Assembly: GCA_002633005.1 (NCBI GenBank)
Contig: NMRA01000151.1
Span: 600,400 to 664,399 of the forward strand
Direction of reading: 5' to 3'
Origin: Phoronis australis
Taxonomy: Eukaryota; Animalia; Phoronida
Length of the DNA stretch: 64,000 nt
Below are positions 39,370-51,542 of the stretch, one piece after another. The first letter of the stretch is position 1. Every line of letters begins with the position of its first letter. A model generated the notes under the pieces. The model had not been told where the DNA came from. It was given only the letters and a program-made list of their open reading frames with translations, and did no database searches. Both the position numbers and the translations under genes were made by a program.

Positions 39370-39575
39370 ATGCCGTTTTGGTGTGGTGTATCGTTCCCGC
39401 TTGTGCGAACTATGAAGCTGCGAGGAAAGCGGGTATATCGTTTTTTCGATTTCCTCGAGAGCCCATAATGCTTCGGAAGTGACTCGTGGTAGTGAAGAAT
39501 GAAAACTACGTCGTTAATACCAAGTATGACGCGGTGAAGTTTGTCCGTGTCTGTCAGTGGCTTGCATTTCGTCGG
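39370..39575 (+). pseudogene. THAP domain of older Kolobok relic A
   Basis: Removing a 5-bp duplication (ggtgt) and a 4-bp insertion gives MPFWCIVPACANY..ARKAGISFFRFPREP..LRK*LVVVKNE.....KYDAVKFVRVCGLHF, colinear with the THAP at 42637. Not in the ORF track. Confidence 0.75.
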
Positions 39576-39679
39576 ATCGGTTGTTTATCAGTTTTTTATT
39601 ATGGAGAATTGTAGTTGGCCATGAAATCCTAAGCAATTACAATTAATTCAAGGCGTAAGATCATAACGTTTTACATAAC

Positions 39680-40176
39680 CTGTTTGATGACTGATCGTTC
39701 GTGTGGCTTCTCTTTGGTCGTTTAGGTGTAAAATGTTTTCGCCAGTTCTTTTTCTCGACCCTAAAAAACATCGTAAGTACACCTCTGTTTCTATGCGGTG
39801 CAAAATCAGGATGGTCCGTGAGACAGATCTATGCTTCTCCACGAAGGCGTTTCACTTGCAGAATTTAATGGCAGCAAACGCAAGCGTCAGTCGTTTCCTT
39901 TATCGTGCAGTTAGCTCAATGACACCATGACAAGTCATTCAAACAGTTTTCGGAATTAGCATCCAAATGTTCTGTTGTCTATGCATGTTCACGGAGCCTC
40001 TCTATTATTTCTTGAACATTGTATTCCGGTTCTAACTGATAGTCTGTAAAACCTAACGATCGATCTCTGAAGCCTTCGTCGGATGAACGCTCGTCTAAGT
40101 CGGGATTGCGAGTTGCCACGTCGACGTTTATTATTGTGCGTTCTGTTTCAAAATGACTTGTTCTCACCCTAACCAA
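39680..40176 (-). pseudogene. KolX/P2X7-C-terminal-like Cys-cluster gene of Kolobok relic A
   Basis: Reading through stops: DYQLEPEY...LNDLSWCH*ANCTIKETTDACVCCH*ILQV....ICLTDHPDF...NRGVL...SNR, then a candidate gt donor. Confidence 0.75.
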
Positions 40177-41342
40177 TGCTTATATACAACTGAAACAAAG
40201 TCTGTCTCAATGAATACATGTTGTAGTGCCTTGCAGTGTTCGTGAGTGCAAACGTTTTGAGAAGCCAGCAATGAATAAATCACTTTGTTATCAGCTTTAT
40301 AAACTAACTGACCGGGCACCGAGGCCGTGTGAGCGCATGGTAATTCAGTGTTTGCTGACAGAAAGCTGTTGTGAAACAATAACTCGATTTTATATCCTAC
40401 AGTGTAGGGTCAGATGTTAGGGAAATCTTTAATTAGGTATTCATATACATTACTCGAATCATTGTTTTTGTACAACTTTTGCCCCGACAACCTGTCTTCG
40501 CGGCCACAGACGAGCTATTAAGTAGATTTGCAGTTTCACGGCTAATTCACCAAAACAATTACGAGCACATCTTTTCTTTAGCTTATTAGTATAGTCTTTT
40601 TGTGACAGGAAGTTTAGTTTCCAACTTTGGCTGATTTATATTCGTGATGTGTTCAGTCCGGCCGCGATTTGCCTGATCGAGTTCCGAGCCACTGGCCGGG
40701 ATAGCAAGCGATTTGTGTGTTTAGAAGGGAAAAATCGCAAGTCTAAAATTAAACACACAGCTATGTTCTTTGTAGTTCACAGAGGAATAATTTGAAGTTA
40801 TCACCGAACAGACCCCAAACTCCCGCGACCGACATTGGTAAATTGGCCTACCGAACTCTGTAGGCTACGGTACGTTCAAATACCTAAAAATCCGTAACAG
40901 CGAAACAAAATTACACTTTCGTAAAATAAATCGATTATTTGTAAGAGCTTTACATCGAGTTTTGATGATTTATTGGTGTAAATTAATAAACTTAAGAGAT
41001 AATATGACACCAGTTGTGAAGTGCTGAACAGACTGCATTCGAACCTCTGACGTCATTGGTTAATTTCAACACCTCCGTCTTCCGTCAGGTGTCAGGTAAA
41101 AGAGCTATACTTGCTGTTTTCGAATGGAACTACTCGATCTAACTTGATACAAACTTGCTTGTTTTGGGATGGCATTCTGCCTTAAATTTCTGACAAAAAA
41201 CGCATAATACATGGCGCTTTATTGTGAACGAGTTTTTAAGTGGGTCGCATTTTGAGCTAAAATAAGGTTGGTTGGTTATCCTAGACATATTTTCCACTTA
41301 ATTACAGCTTTTCGTAATTTTATAAATTACTCGTCCGCTACT

Positions 41343-41354
41343 CCGGAAGTGACG
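41343..41354 (+). promoter_or_regulatory. ETS-CRE composite motif CCGGAAGTGACG in Kolobok TIR (mirror copy 42771-42782)
   Basis: Exact motif at the inner end of both TIRs, about 135-205 bp upstream of each ATG. Function inferred. Confidence 0.4.
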
Positions 41355-41557
41355 TTTTAGGAGGCAAGCGTTTCCCCACCACTTGGTTTTGCGTTGACTT
41401 TACCATGCGAATCTGTTCTATTCTACTTTTGTTTAGTGCTGTTTTTCAACAATTGTCGCCACCAATTTCCATCGGCGAGTATTCTGCGGCAAGATAGGTT
41501 AGTGGAGAACTCAACTACGTTGGATTTAGGGATTGTTTAGTGTGTTGTAAGCTGAAA

Positions 41558-41953
41558 ATGGCTGGAGTCGGTGACCCGTATCACAGTGACAGTAGTGTGA
41601 GTGACGGAGACCTTGTTCACAGCAGTGGTGACGAGGAATTTTTTCACGGACATTCAGTGGGTGGGTACATGTTTGAGCCCCAGTATAACGAGGCAGAGTA
41701 CGCACAGGCACAGGCAGCTGTTGAGAGAAACGAGGCGGCTACTGAGGACAGACGTGGTGACACATCTTGGTGCAAATGCACTGTGTGCGTTGTTATGCCT
41801 ACCTCAATGGAATGCTTGTGCTGTTCAGAGTTCGACGAGGCCAAGCCACTACTGGACATGGTTAAGTGGACCTCCGGCATACCACGGACAGAGGAACAAC
41901 TGTCCCACTTGCCAGAGTGTCCCGCGACACACTCCCACTGGATGGTGACCTGA
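41558..41953 (+). CDS. KolX-like protein N-terminus (P2X7 ballast-type Cys cluster) fused to antisense transposase sequence
   Basis: MAGVGDP..acidic..YMFEPQY...RRGDTSWCKCTVCVVMPTSMECLCCSE. Homology ends near KPLLD (~41857). Confidence 0.75.
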   Translation: MAGVGDPYHSDSSVSDGDLVHSSGDEEFFHGHSVGGYMFEPQYNEAEYAQAQAAVERNEAATEDRRGDTSWCKCTVCVVMPTSMECLCCSEFDEAKPLLDMVKWTSGIPRTEEQLSHLPECPATHSHWMVT

Positions 41954-42010
41954 GCACCCAAACTGCTTACATCGTGTCGTGTGACTCCCTCGCCACACAC
42001 CTGGCACCTT

Positions 42011-42637
42011 CTAAATAGACAAGTCCACAATAAACTTATCAAAGTTTGGCTCACCGATCTGTTCACTGAACGACAAACTGTCCTCTTCACTGGGTGTCGA
42101 ACTGGGCCTGTAATCACTCCCACTACTCAATATCGCTGCAGGGCTGCTTAGAGGCTCTGGGCTGGAGAAAACAGCACAGGGCGAATCACTACTGGTTCCA
42201 GGAATTGCACGCTCTGGGGTACGTTCGGAGGCACGGGTGACAGTAGATGAAGTGCCTCCACTGGCTCCAGTCACTGTACTGGCCACAGCTCGCGAGGCTT
42301 CTCGCTTCAAAAACGCACTTCTCGGGGGTGGCGACGGGGCACTGCCGGGAATCAACACAGACGGAATGGCATCCTTCTTCAGGCGTTGTTTCGCAGGGAC
42401 CTTCATCAGTTCAGCGTACAAATCCCTTTCGTAATCGGACGGCAGAAAGTGCTTGCCACACACACGGTAATTCTCCACTGCTTTGTACGTTGCGTGGACG
42501 GGTAACGCTGCGTTCTTCACACGAACGAGCCAAGTACGGCGAAGTGTGTCATCCATCGGAAAGCGATGCAAAGGCACTCCCAAAGCGCGCGTGAGCCGAT
42601 AATTACTACATCCCGGTACGCAGCAACAGTGTGGCAT
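42011..42637 (-). CDS. THAP zinc-finger protein, truncated Kolobok transposase N-terminus (208 aa)
   Basis: C2CH THAP: MPHCCCVPGCSN..LHRFP.D..LRRTW...RVCGKHF...LKKDAIPS, then a Ser-rich linker and KFIV. A frameshifted continuation LFRRCQVCG..GAQVTIQWEC..GH.GKW.S...GMP runs to ~41855. Confidence 0.85.
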   Translation of the reverse strand: MPHCCCVPGCSNYRLTRALGVPLHRFPMDDTLRRTWLVRVKNAALPVHATYKAVENYRVCGKHFLPSDYERDLYAELMKVPAKQRLKKDAIPSVLIPGSAPSPPPRSAFLKREASRAVASTVTGASGGTSSTVTRASERTPERAIPGTSSDSPCAVFSSPEPLSSPAAILSSGSDYRPSSTPSEEDSLSFSEQIGEPNFDKFIVDLSI

Positions 42638-43511
42638 GTTGACTGACTAGTAAATGAAAGCAAACGATGACGGAACTTAACACAACCGAGGTAGAACAAT
42701 GACTGACTCGGCAGCTCTCACAGTCAGACTATATGAAAAGAAATTGGCGCGAAATGCTTGCCTCCTAAAACGTCACTTCCGGAGTACCAGACGAGTAATT
42801 AATAAAATTACGAAAATCTGTAATTAAGTGGAAAATATGTCTAGGATAATCAACCAACCTTATTTTAGCTCAAAATGACATGGAAAAAGGTTGCCTTCGC
42901 CTTTAAGTATCGACTTGGTCAACGGTTGATGTTTACGGAAACATATCATGTGTAGCACATCCGTAAAACTACAATTATTGTTTAGAACATTTTGTGCTAC
43001 AATGTACATTGCTCACCAATCGTGAAATCTCAAGTGCACCAATTTTAATCAATTTTGTATCTCTTTTCACAATGCCATTACACGCTTTCTAGGATTTTCG
43101 ATATCTCAAGTACCAGCCTTTTGTATTCTGTTTGTCTTTCTGTGTTGTAACTCCGTCCCAGGTAAACTGAGGTATCGTTATTTTGTGTAGGATTACTATT
43201 TCTTCAACTGAACTATTTTTGTTTTAACATTCGCTTATTCTGGATGAGATCATTACACGCATATGCCAAGATCCGTTACTTATTGTGTTTAATTATGAAT
43301 TTCGTTCATGCTGTTACCCATGCTGTTATCACATTTCAGTTGATATTTCGGTAAATTCGCTTAACATTCACACAAGTATCTCAGTGACAACTAATTATAA
43401 TGCACCACATCTGTACTACTTGTTCGATGAAGAAATAACTTATACGAAGCTTGTGGTAAAAACCACCGAGGTGGTGTGCATGTGATATGCCCAGCTGGCT
43501 GCAGGACTACT

Positions 43512-43756
43512 TCATTCCAAATGCTGGGGAATTCTGGACATACATAAAGGGGTTTTATTGTTATTATTGTTTTTGTTCTTCCTTGGGACCACAACAAGTT
43601 GAAACGGCCGAGGACAGCACGTGAAACCAAGTTGCCTTTCAGTAGACGGTTCTGGTTTCCCATCTGGTAGGCGGAAATGGAATGTCTGAAGCAGTGAGGT
43701 AATAAACAGGAAAAGCTCCATTTTCGCTACGGAGTCCCCTGCGCACATTCTTCGTC
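43512..43756 (-). CDS. Cytochrome P450 (CYP2 clan), last exon
   Basis: ttcag|GA acceptor completes the heme motif FGVG-RRMCAG, followed by AKMELFLF. Confidence 0.9.
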
Positions 43757-45723
43757 CTGAATTATATAAACATGAGGACATTTTAATGCTTGACAGGAAC
43801 ATGTCGTGAACACATCCACTAAAACAAGAAACTGTAGGAACACCACATTTATCCACCTTCACTCTTATCAGGCTTCTATTGTGAGTCACCATGCGTGAAT
43901 AATTGTCTGATAAGCCACCTCTGCAACTACTTTTGGCTGAATGGATGACCAGGCCATAAAATGATAATTAGCCAAGACCAGTTACTATAATGCAACAAAG
44001 AATAATGTCTTGCATCACCTAGCCTTAGTGGAAAGCTGTATACTGTATTGGCTCAAAAAACGCTTAGAAAAATTCATTTCACGGGGAGGGGACGCTTATT
44101 GTAGTGAGCCTACGGCAGTTGAAACCCGGTTTCCCAAACGGGTAAAATCGGAAGCTAGGATTCATCAAATTTACGCTCTGTGACGTAGTTGTAGCCTATG
44201 ACTGCCTTTCTACAAAATTGTGGTGCATTGCTATCAACTTCCGTTGTTAAATTACAATAATTTTTCAAAAAATTGTGCTCATCACAGGGCGAAAACTTGC
44301 CGACTGATGCGTCGCTGAATCGCAATCGTCAATAGGAAAACTTGAACTCTTGAATAAAAATACAGTTTCGACTCAACAAATTACCTGAAATCTTCCTTAT
44401 GATTTACAATTTTTAAAGTTCATGTGGAGTCCAGATTAATTGCGATTAAGTCCAAATCTGCGCTACATCGTACCCCACAACACGAGAAAAATCTCTGGAT
44501 GAACACACATGTTGTTGTCACGTGACGTTTGTTTTGAAGTTCGTCTGCGTATGAGAGTGAGTGAGCGTGCGTGTGCGGGTCATCGACGACAGACTTTTTT
44601 GTTACAAAAGGCGGAGGATTATGCAAGAAAATGGCGTTTACTAGATTGTTTTTCACTTAAACGGCTGCAACATGCAAGGTGAGTGCTGGTTAGCTCACAG
44701 ATTTTGTGTGCACAGGCCGACTGTCGTTAGCTCTGCCGTGGAGTATTAATAGTCCAAGGCTCGATCTACATGTTGGGGACGAGGTGAACTACCCGGGCTG
44801 TGTGAAATTTCTGGGTCTAACGGAGACACTGACGCAGTGGTCAGCCAGTTCGCTGTATCAAGACTATAGTCAAAATCCAAATTCGTTTTATCGTGTCCCT
44901 GTCAATAATAACGGCATGCTAAAGCCTTCTTAATTTTCGTACTTCAGGAACATAACAATCACGTGTTTTGTACACATACGCGCACGCCGCAGATCACATC
45001 TCGGAAATTGCCGATTTGACGGATGACAATGAATGAACACAATGAAATTAACAACGTCGTTTTACAGCTTGTAAGATTCATAATAAACGTATTTTGAATA
45101 TTGCAATGCATGTGTTCCAAAATCTAAATAACTTGGGTCCTATATTTTTGTATTAGTGCGCGCCGAATGAAAGTAATCGTGAGTGTTGCTGTGTTGCAAA
45201 ATCTCTTATCCTGGGCTGATTTGAAAAATTCAAAGTTGTACTCATATTTGTTTTCGCTCCTCTTTTCAAATATTACTGTAAAAACTACGTAAAACTCTCT
45301 CCATAAAAAGTACAGTCTGCTAGGTAGATTGTAATCAGCTGATCATATCTGCATGAGCGAAGCCAATTATCCTCGCTCGTGACTCGATGACTAAAGCAGC
45401 TTGGCGGCATCCCTTTGATAGTGAGCCGAGTGCGACTCAGCCAAGGTGGATAAATACGGTCTAGTTCAATTTTCCATACCCCACCGTTTACCTTAACCAC
45501 TGGGGTTAGGATCAATCTTATTTAGTGGGAATGTTCATAGCATGAACATGTTGATATGATTACTTGCATACTAGACAAAAAACGAAATGAAATTGAGTAA
45601 AATATGGTGAGTTTTTATCATCTATCACATGTCTCGCTCAACTATCAGGAAACCATATTTGCTCTTGGTTTAGATATGCATAATAACCAGCTACATGTAT
45701 GTTAAGCAACTTTTACAACTTAC

Positions 45724-46161
45724 CAACTCCAAAAGGGATAAACGAGTCCGGTTTTGCAAAATGACCGTCTTTAAGGAAGTGGTTAGGGTCGAACATCAGT
45801 GGATCTTTGTACGTCACATCGTTCAAGTCAAGGGCTGACAAATTAGGAATAATCGTAGTGCCTGCAGGGATTGCATAGTCTCGCACTTTCACGGTTTCAG
45901 TCACGCGGTGCGGAACTCCAAGAGGCAATGGGTTTCCCACTCGTAACATTTCGTGTAGTGTAGCCTCGACGTAAGGCATTCGGGGTAAGTCGCTTAAAGA
46001 TGGGAATTGGTTGCATCCAATGACTCGGTCTATTTCATCTTGAAGTTTACATTGTATTTCAATGTTTAGAACGAGATGAAGAAGTCCAGACAGTAAAGTA
46101 TTTGTTGTTGTCTCAAACCCTCCAGCAAACAAGTCTTGGAGTACGCCAAGGCACTGAGAGT
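45724..46161 (-). CDS. Cytochrome P450 exon (I, J, K helices)
   Basis: ctag|AC ... G|gtaag, 438 bp. Motifs DLFAGGFETT, MPYVEATLHEMLR, LPLGVPH, DPLMFDPNHF, PFGV. Confidence 0.92.
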
Positions 46162-46454
46162 CTAGAATGAGAAAAACATTGTAATCAAAACCTTTATGTA
46201 ACCAAAAATGTGCACTCTTCTGTAGCCAGGAGGCCTGGTTTCTATGACCGCCAAACTCAACTCTAAGATAAGAAATCAATTCTTTCCTCTTCAATTATTG
46301 GTGCCAGGTACAAAATACAGGGATAGTAGGACAGAATTTTCTCCATTCTATTGCCAGCAGATCATGCATACGGCACTTCTGAAATAATTACCGAAATTAC
46401 GAACTTTGATTAACGTTTCTTCATATGAAATAAACCGGTTAAAATCAAACGTAC

Positions 46455-46691
46455 CAGAAAAGTTACTGCCTTCAGGACAAGATTTTCCTTCTAGTATCTG
46501 CACTAGATAGGCATCGGTGAAGTCGCGCACATTTTCTGTCGACAGCGTTCTGCTGTGTTCTTCAATACGCTCCTTCAGAAAAGTCTGGTAGATTCGAACA
46601 TTGGTTTCAATTCTCTTCACTTTCAATGCGTCGCCTGGTATATGGGCAAGGAAAGGAAACATGTCCACCAGAACAATGGCTGAGGAGGCAT
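46455..46691 (-). CDS. Cytochrome P450 exon (F-G-H region)
   Basis: ttcag|AT ... G|gtac, 237 bp. Motifs DMFPFLAHIPG, IEEH, RDFTDAYL. Confidence 0.9.
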
Positions 46692-47982
46692 CTGAAAATG
46701 AAGCATTAAAACAGGCTTTTTTACAAGGTGGTCCAAAGGACTCGAGTTCTCGGTTCATCCTCAGTTTATGTTTTTGAGTATTTTACAGACCAAGTGTAGA
46801 GGGCGTGACTGGTAGATTCTAATGAAACCGATATTGATCAAATTGGACTGTAAACTTAGCAGCGGTGGATGAGAATCCTTGAAGTCCGGCATGTCCACAA
46901 GATCGGTGTTTCTGTTACGAGGACAATGAGGACGAAATTTTGACAGCAACATTGACTGCATATGGTTGAAGATTTGTGAAAGCCAATTTAACTTTCTGAA
47001 TTTTTACGTATCCTGTATCGTGCAGTGAAACAAATAAAAGATGTGTACATCCTTTGAAACTGTCAAACGAGACGGATTCACCATGGTTGGTCAATAGAGC
47101 CATATAATGGACACAACTGTTAACACAACTGCTATATAATCACACATTTCAGGAGGTTATAAGGCTCTCAGCACACAGAGCGTTGTGTCTGCCTAATGAA
47201 ACTTTCGATTTTAGTTACGTAAACACACTTGTCAAGATTTCTTTGATTGAATAACGCCGATGAGCTTGATTCAGAAAGTGAACGAGAGTGGAGGATCCTC
47301 TCAACTAATGGCATCTCACAGAGTGAGTGATGGGAACATTCTGTCCCCTGTCAACATCTTTAGCACTCCCTTCCCTTTCGTTACCCCCACAGGCCCGTGG
47401 TCAAGACATTCAGACAAAGAGGCCTGTTTTACCCCTAAATCAGCAGTTGATCCGGACCGTTTCTTGTGTTATGAAAAGGTATGCATGCATATGTGTGCAT
47501 TTGAATCTATTAGGTGAGACGCGAGATATTGTGAATACGGACAATTACAAAAATGTCGACAAAGTATTGCTACATTTTAGGTATATATTCCAACGAGATG
47601 GAGCTCTAAGTGTTCCTGGAATGATCACATTTCCCATGCTAGCGAGCGGCAACGAGTTTTGCATACCACTGGGACACTTCACCACCACGCTCCTTTCGAA
47701 ACGCAGGGGAAACACTGGGGTAGGTACTTTTGGCAGAAAGTGTTCAAACGTTGTGAACCCTTTTGGTAATATTTGAAAACATGTCTCCTAAAATATGGAA
47801 GACATCTTATGACAACTACAGTGTTCCTGCCGAAATTTCACATGTATTGCACTTTTTTCAGGTGCACCAAGCTTGTAGGAATAGATCTCAACCACTTTTA
47901 TTTCAGCGTGAAGTCTAAATTGACTCACATTGGTTGTAAAAAGAATTACGTAGATCTGAATAGTTTGGCCTGTATCAAAGTT

Positions 47983-50900
47983 TTTATTTTTTTATGTTTT
48001 ATATATATATTTTTCATATTTTTTTATTTTGCTCCAGCATGATTATTACATGTCACATAAAACAATACAGTATACATCGTTTACAAAGAATAACATTAAA
48101 TCATTAGTCAGTAAATACCGTATTTCTTTCAGGATGTAATTTAATAAAGTTTAATGAACAATTGGAAATTAAGGGTTTTTTTAGCAAACTTTTGGCTAAA
48201 TATGTAATTTTTGCTAACATGATCAACAGATTAATATTACAAATTTCCGACTGAATGTTTCCCAAAAAACCAAACTGCTATATTACCCACATGAAAATTT
48301 ACATAATATATTTGTTTTAACCACTCAGCAAACAGGAGCCAGAAACCGGAGACAAGACGACATTCCCAGAAGAGATGGAGAAATGTTTCCCTGTGTTCAC
48401 CACAGAAAGAGCATAGATCACTTGTTTTTATTTTAATTTTATGTAAGTAATGTTTAGTTGGTAATATTCTGTAAATTAAGCGGTATTGAAACCAATGCAA
48501 TTTTGTATCTTTTGTACAATTGAAGGGGAGTTTATTTACTTTTCTCCACCATGTATCAGAGTCACTAAAATTTACATTATTTATAAAACCGTTTATATCT
48601 ATCTCAGATGACCACTTGTTTTTATATTTACAAGCTGTCTGAAGTAGCTGTACTAAGGTGTCATCAATTTTTACTGCTTTGTGATTTATTATGTAAAATT
48701 TTATAAATATAACTTAGTAAAAAGATACTGTCTTGCCTATTCTTAAGACAACTGTACGCTGCAGAGGTTGCACTTCTTAATCCATAGATTTTTAGTATTG
48801 GAGGTTGAAAGTTATAACTATTACCGAGTTGTTCGTATGACATGAAAGAACATGCAGCATTAAACAAATCACACACACGATAGTCTCTCCTTTCATACCG
48901 GGACTTGTAGATTTTCTACCAACTTTAATCTTTGAATTATACCGCAGGTAGAGTAAGTAATATTTTTATTTTTGTCACACATTTCAACCAGGATCACAAC
49001 ATCGCGTAAAACTTCCTTCCAGAACAGATTGTCGGTTCCTTCAGCTGTTTTTTAAGGAAAGCCTCTCCCATTTTAAAGAAGTTATCAACTTTACAATCCA
49101 AAACTGCCTCAGCAATTTCACGTATAGTATTTGAGGTAAATAGTTTATGAAGCCATGACATTTTCAAAGACTTAATAAAAAAATAACATGGACAATTCTA
49201 AAACCACCATGATCCTGATTTTGTACAATTTCATTTCGACTAACTCTGTCATTCTTCCCATTCAAAATGAAGTCGAAGAAAACTCGCTCTAATTCTTGAA
49301 TAATGTTAATGGAGGGGCTAGGGAGAGATTGAAGCAAATGAATAATCTTGGGCAATAAAAGCGTCTTAACCACGGTTGTTTTACCTAAAACAGTAAGAAT
49401 TCTTCTTGGCCAAGACCCCACTATTTTCTTAATTTCCAAAAGCCTGCAACTATAGTTAATACCCGGCATTGCATTATAATCAGTGGAGAAGTTGATTCCC
49501 AAAAACATGAAAGGTTTGTTGGTCCATAACAGGTTCTCATTGACACAAAGTTTTTCCTCAGAGTCTTTTTTGAACCCAGCCAAACACATCTTGTTTTCTC
49601 GTTGTTTGGCTTCAAACCAGAAAATTTTGCAAATTGGTCAATTAAATTCAAAGATGATCTAAGAGGTAGCTCAGAACCGTGCAAAATTAAAGAAGTTTTG
49701 TCAGTGTACTGGATCAATTTAAACTCAGAAACACATATTCTGATCCCAGTGATGCCACCATCCCGACGAATTAAGTTACCCAATATTTCTACTCATAATA
49801 CAAAAAGGTAATAAGAAATAGGGTCTCCTTGACGACAGCCTCTCCCCATAGAGAAAGATCCATGTTGGTGAACATAAAGGCAAGATTTGTTGTAGAGTGT
49901 TTTGACCGTGTCAATGAACCTTGGGCCAAACTTAAAGTATGATAATGCCTTGAGGATGAAAGACCAGGAAACTGAGTCGAAAGCTTTTTCAAAATCGATC
50001 ATTAACAGGAGTCCGGGAAAGGGTTTACAATTTAAAAATTGAATTACATCAAATAAAATTCTCATTTTTATCCAATATAGCTGCCTTTTATGAAACCTTG
50101 TTGGTTCTCTCGAATAATAGGCCCGAAGACGCTTTTAGGCGTCTTGCAATACAACCAGACTCAATTTTGTAGTGAAATTGGACGCCAATTTTTGATGAAA
50201 TCTCTTGCTTCATTTTCTTTTGGTATTATTGAGATAATACCCTGTTTTTGAAATGTAGTTAATTTTCCTTTATTGATACCTTTTTCAAAAGATCAGAACA
50301 AATAATATTTAAGGTCTGGCCAAAAAAATTTAAAAATTATACTGTGGAATCATCTGGGCCAAGACTTTTGTTGTTTTTTAAATCTTTCAGAGATGCATGA
50401 ATGTTCTCCAAAGTGATAAATTTTTCAATTTCGATTCGATTAGACTGATTCAATTTAGGCACTGGGCACGATGCCAAAAGTTCATTTAAAATAACATCAA
50501 CAAGGTCGCCATCTTTACAGGAGTATAATTTTTTATAAAAAGAAGTGATCTCCGAGAAGATAGCGGATTGTTCCTTAATGATAGCGTTATTGGAGCTTAG
50601 TAGCTTAATTTCATTCTTATTCACAAAATTTCGTTTTTCTAATGCACAAAAATATTTGGTTGGGTTTTCGCCATTTTCAACCCAGTTGGCTCTCGATCTG
50701 ACCACAACTCCATGCATGTATTCTCTGCGATAATCCTCATATTCTGACTTCTCATTTTCCAACAGAACAGCAATATCAGGATCGTCACTCTCATTGCACC
50801 TATTTTGTAAGGACATTAAGTGTTCTTCCAAGTCTTTTCCTTTCCTATTTTTTTTCTTTTTTTTCTTAGAGATACTACATGAAATAGTTACCGTTCGAAT

Positions 50901-51224
50901 GTTTAACAATAACGTCTCCAAAAACAATTGATACGATATATAAAACTGAAGAATATCAGAGTCAATTTCTTGTATATTGTTCAAATCGTATACTGGAAGA
51001 GCATTTTGTTTTTTGTACTCAAAATCTCATTCTTGACGAGATTAATATATTCTTTGTCTTTTATCAGTGAGTTATTGAATTTCCAAAACCCCGGCCCGTT
51101 TTTGAACGTAGTTAATTGTATTGTTAACACAACATTGTTATGGTCCCATCGGTAGCCCGGCTGTTTTTCCACCTTTTTGATACGCGAGATTAACTTTTGG
51201 GTAACAAGAAGATAATCTAACTTA
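47983..51224 (-). mobile_element. 5'-truncated L1/Tx1-clade LINE in CYP intron with 16-bp TSD
   Basis: GPGFWKFNNSL, RSRANWVENGENPTKYF..LEK, DFEKAFDSVSW, RGCRQGDPIS, QYTDKT, FAKFSGLKPN, TVLGK..VKTLLLPK, CSFC..HRET..HLFWEC. A-rich tail. ggcctgtatcaaagtt duplicated at 47967-47982 and 51225-51240. Confidence 0.92.
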
Positions 51225-51424
51225 GGCCTGTATCAAAGTTGGTTTCAAAAAATCTCCCAAACTTGCCATCTGCACCATATGAAATCACAAGCAAAGTGTC
51301 AAAATGCGTCAACGACCGCGGGATATAACTAGGTTTTTAGCGAATATCTGAGCAACGAATGCAACTAAAAATGAGCTAGCTTAATTACATCGTGTTCGAT
51401 GTAGTTTGTTTTACAAACCCTTAC

Positions 51425-51542
51425 CAGACAGTGACTCTGTAAAGGCATTCAATATTCTGCGAAAGCTGTGGTCGTCATATTCATATCTTTCTCCAAACAA
51501 TATCTGGCACATGATGTTGGCTACAGCATTTTCTAAAAATGG
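51425..51542 (-). CDS. Cytochrome P450 exon (E helix), absent from ORF track
   Basis: tttcag|PFLENAVANIMCQILFGERYEYDDHSFRRILNAFTESLS-G|gtaag, 118 bp, phase 0 to 1, matching both neighbours. Confidence 0.9.

Larger units (their letters stand above)
41248..42902. mobile_element. Kolobok DNA transposon, young internal-deletion derivative (element B)
   Basis: 127-bp inverted repeats 41248-41374 and 42751-42877 with 6 mismatches. Right terminus ...TTCGCCT followed by TTAA. Convergent KolX-like and THAP genes inside. The outermost ~25 bp of the left TIR is missing. Confidence 0.88.

Noticed and set aside
41558-41953. Host P2X7 receptor gene
   Set aside because: Only the Cys cluster is present, with no channel domain, and it is enclosed by Kolobok TIRs.
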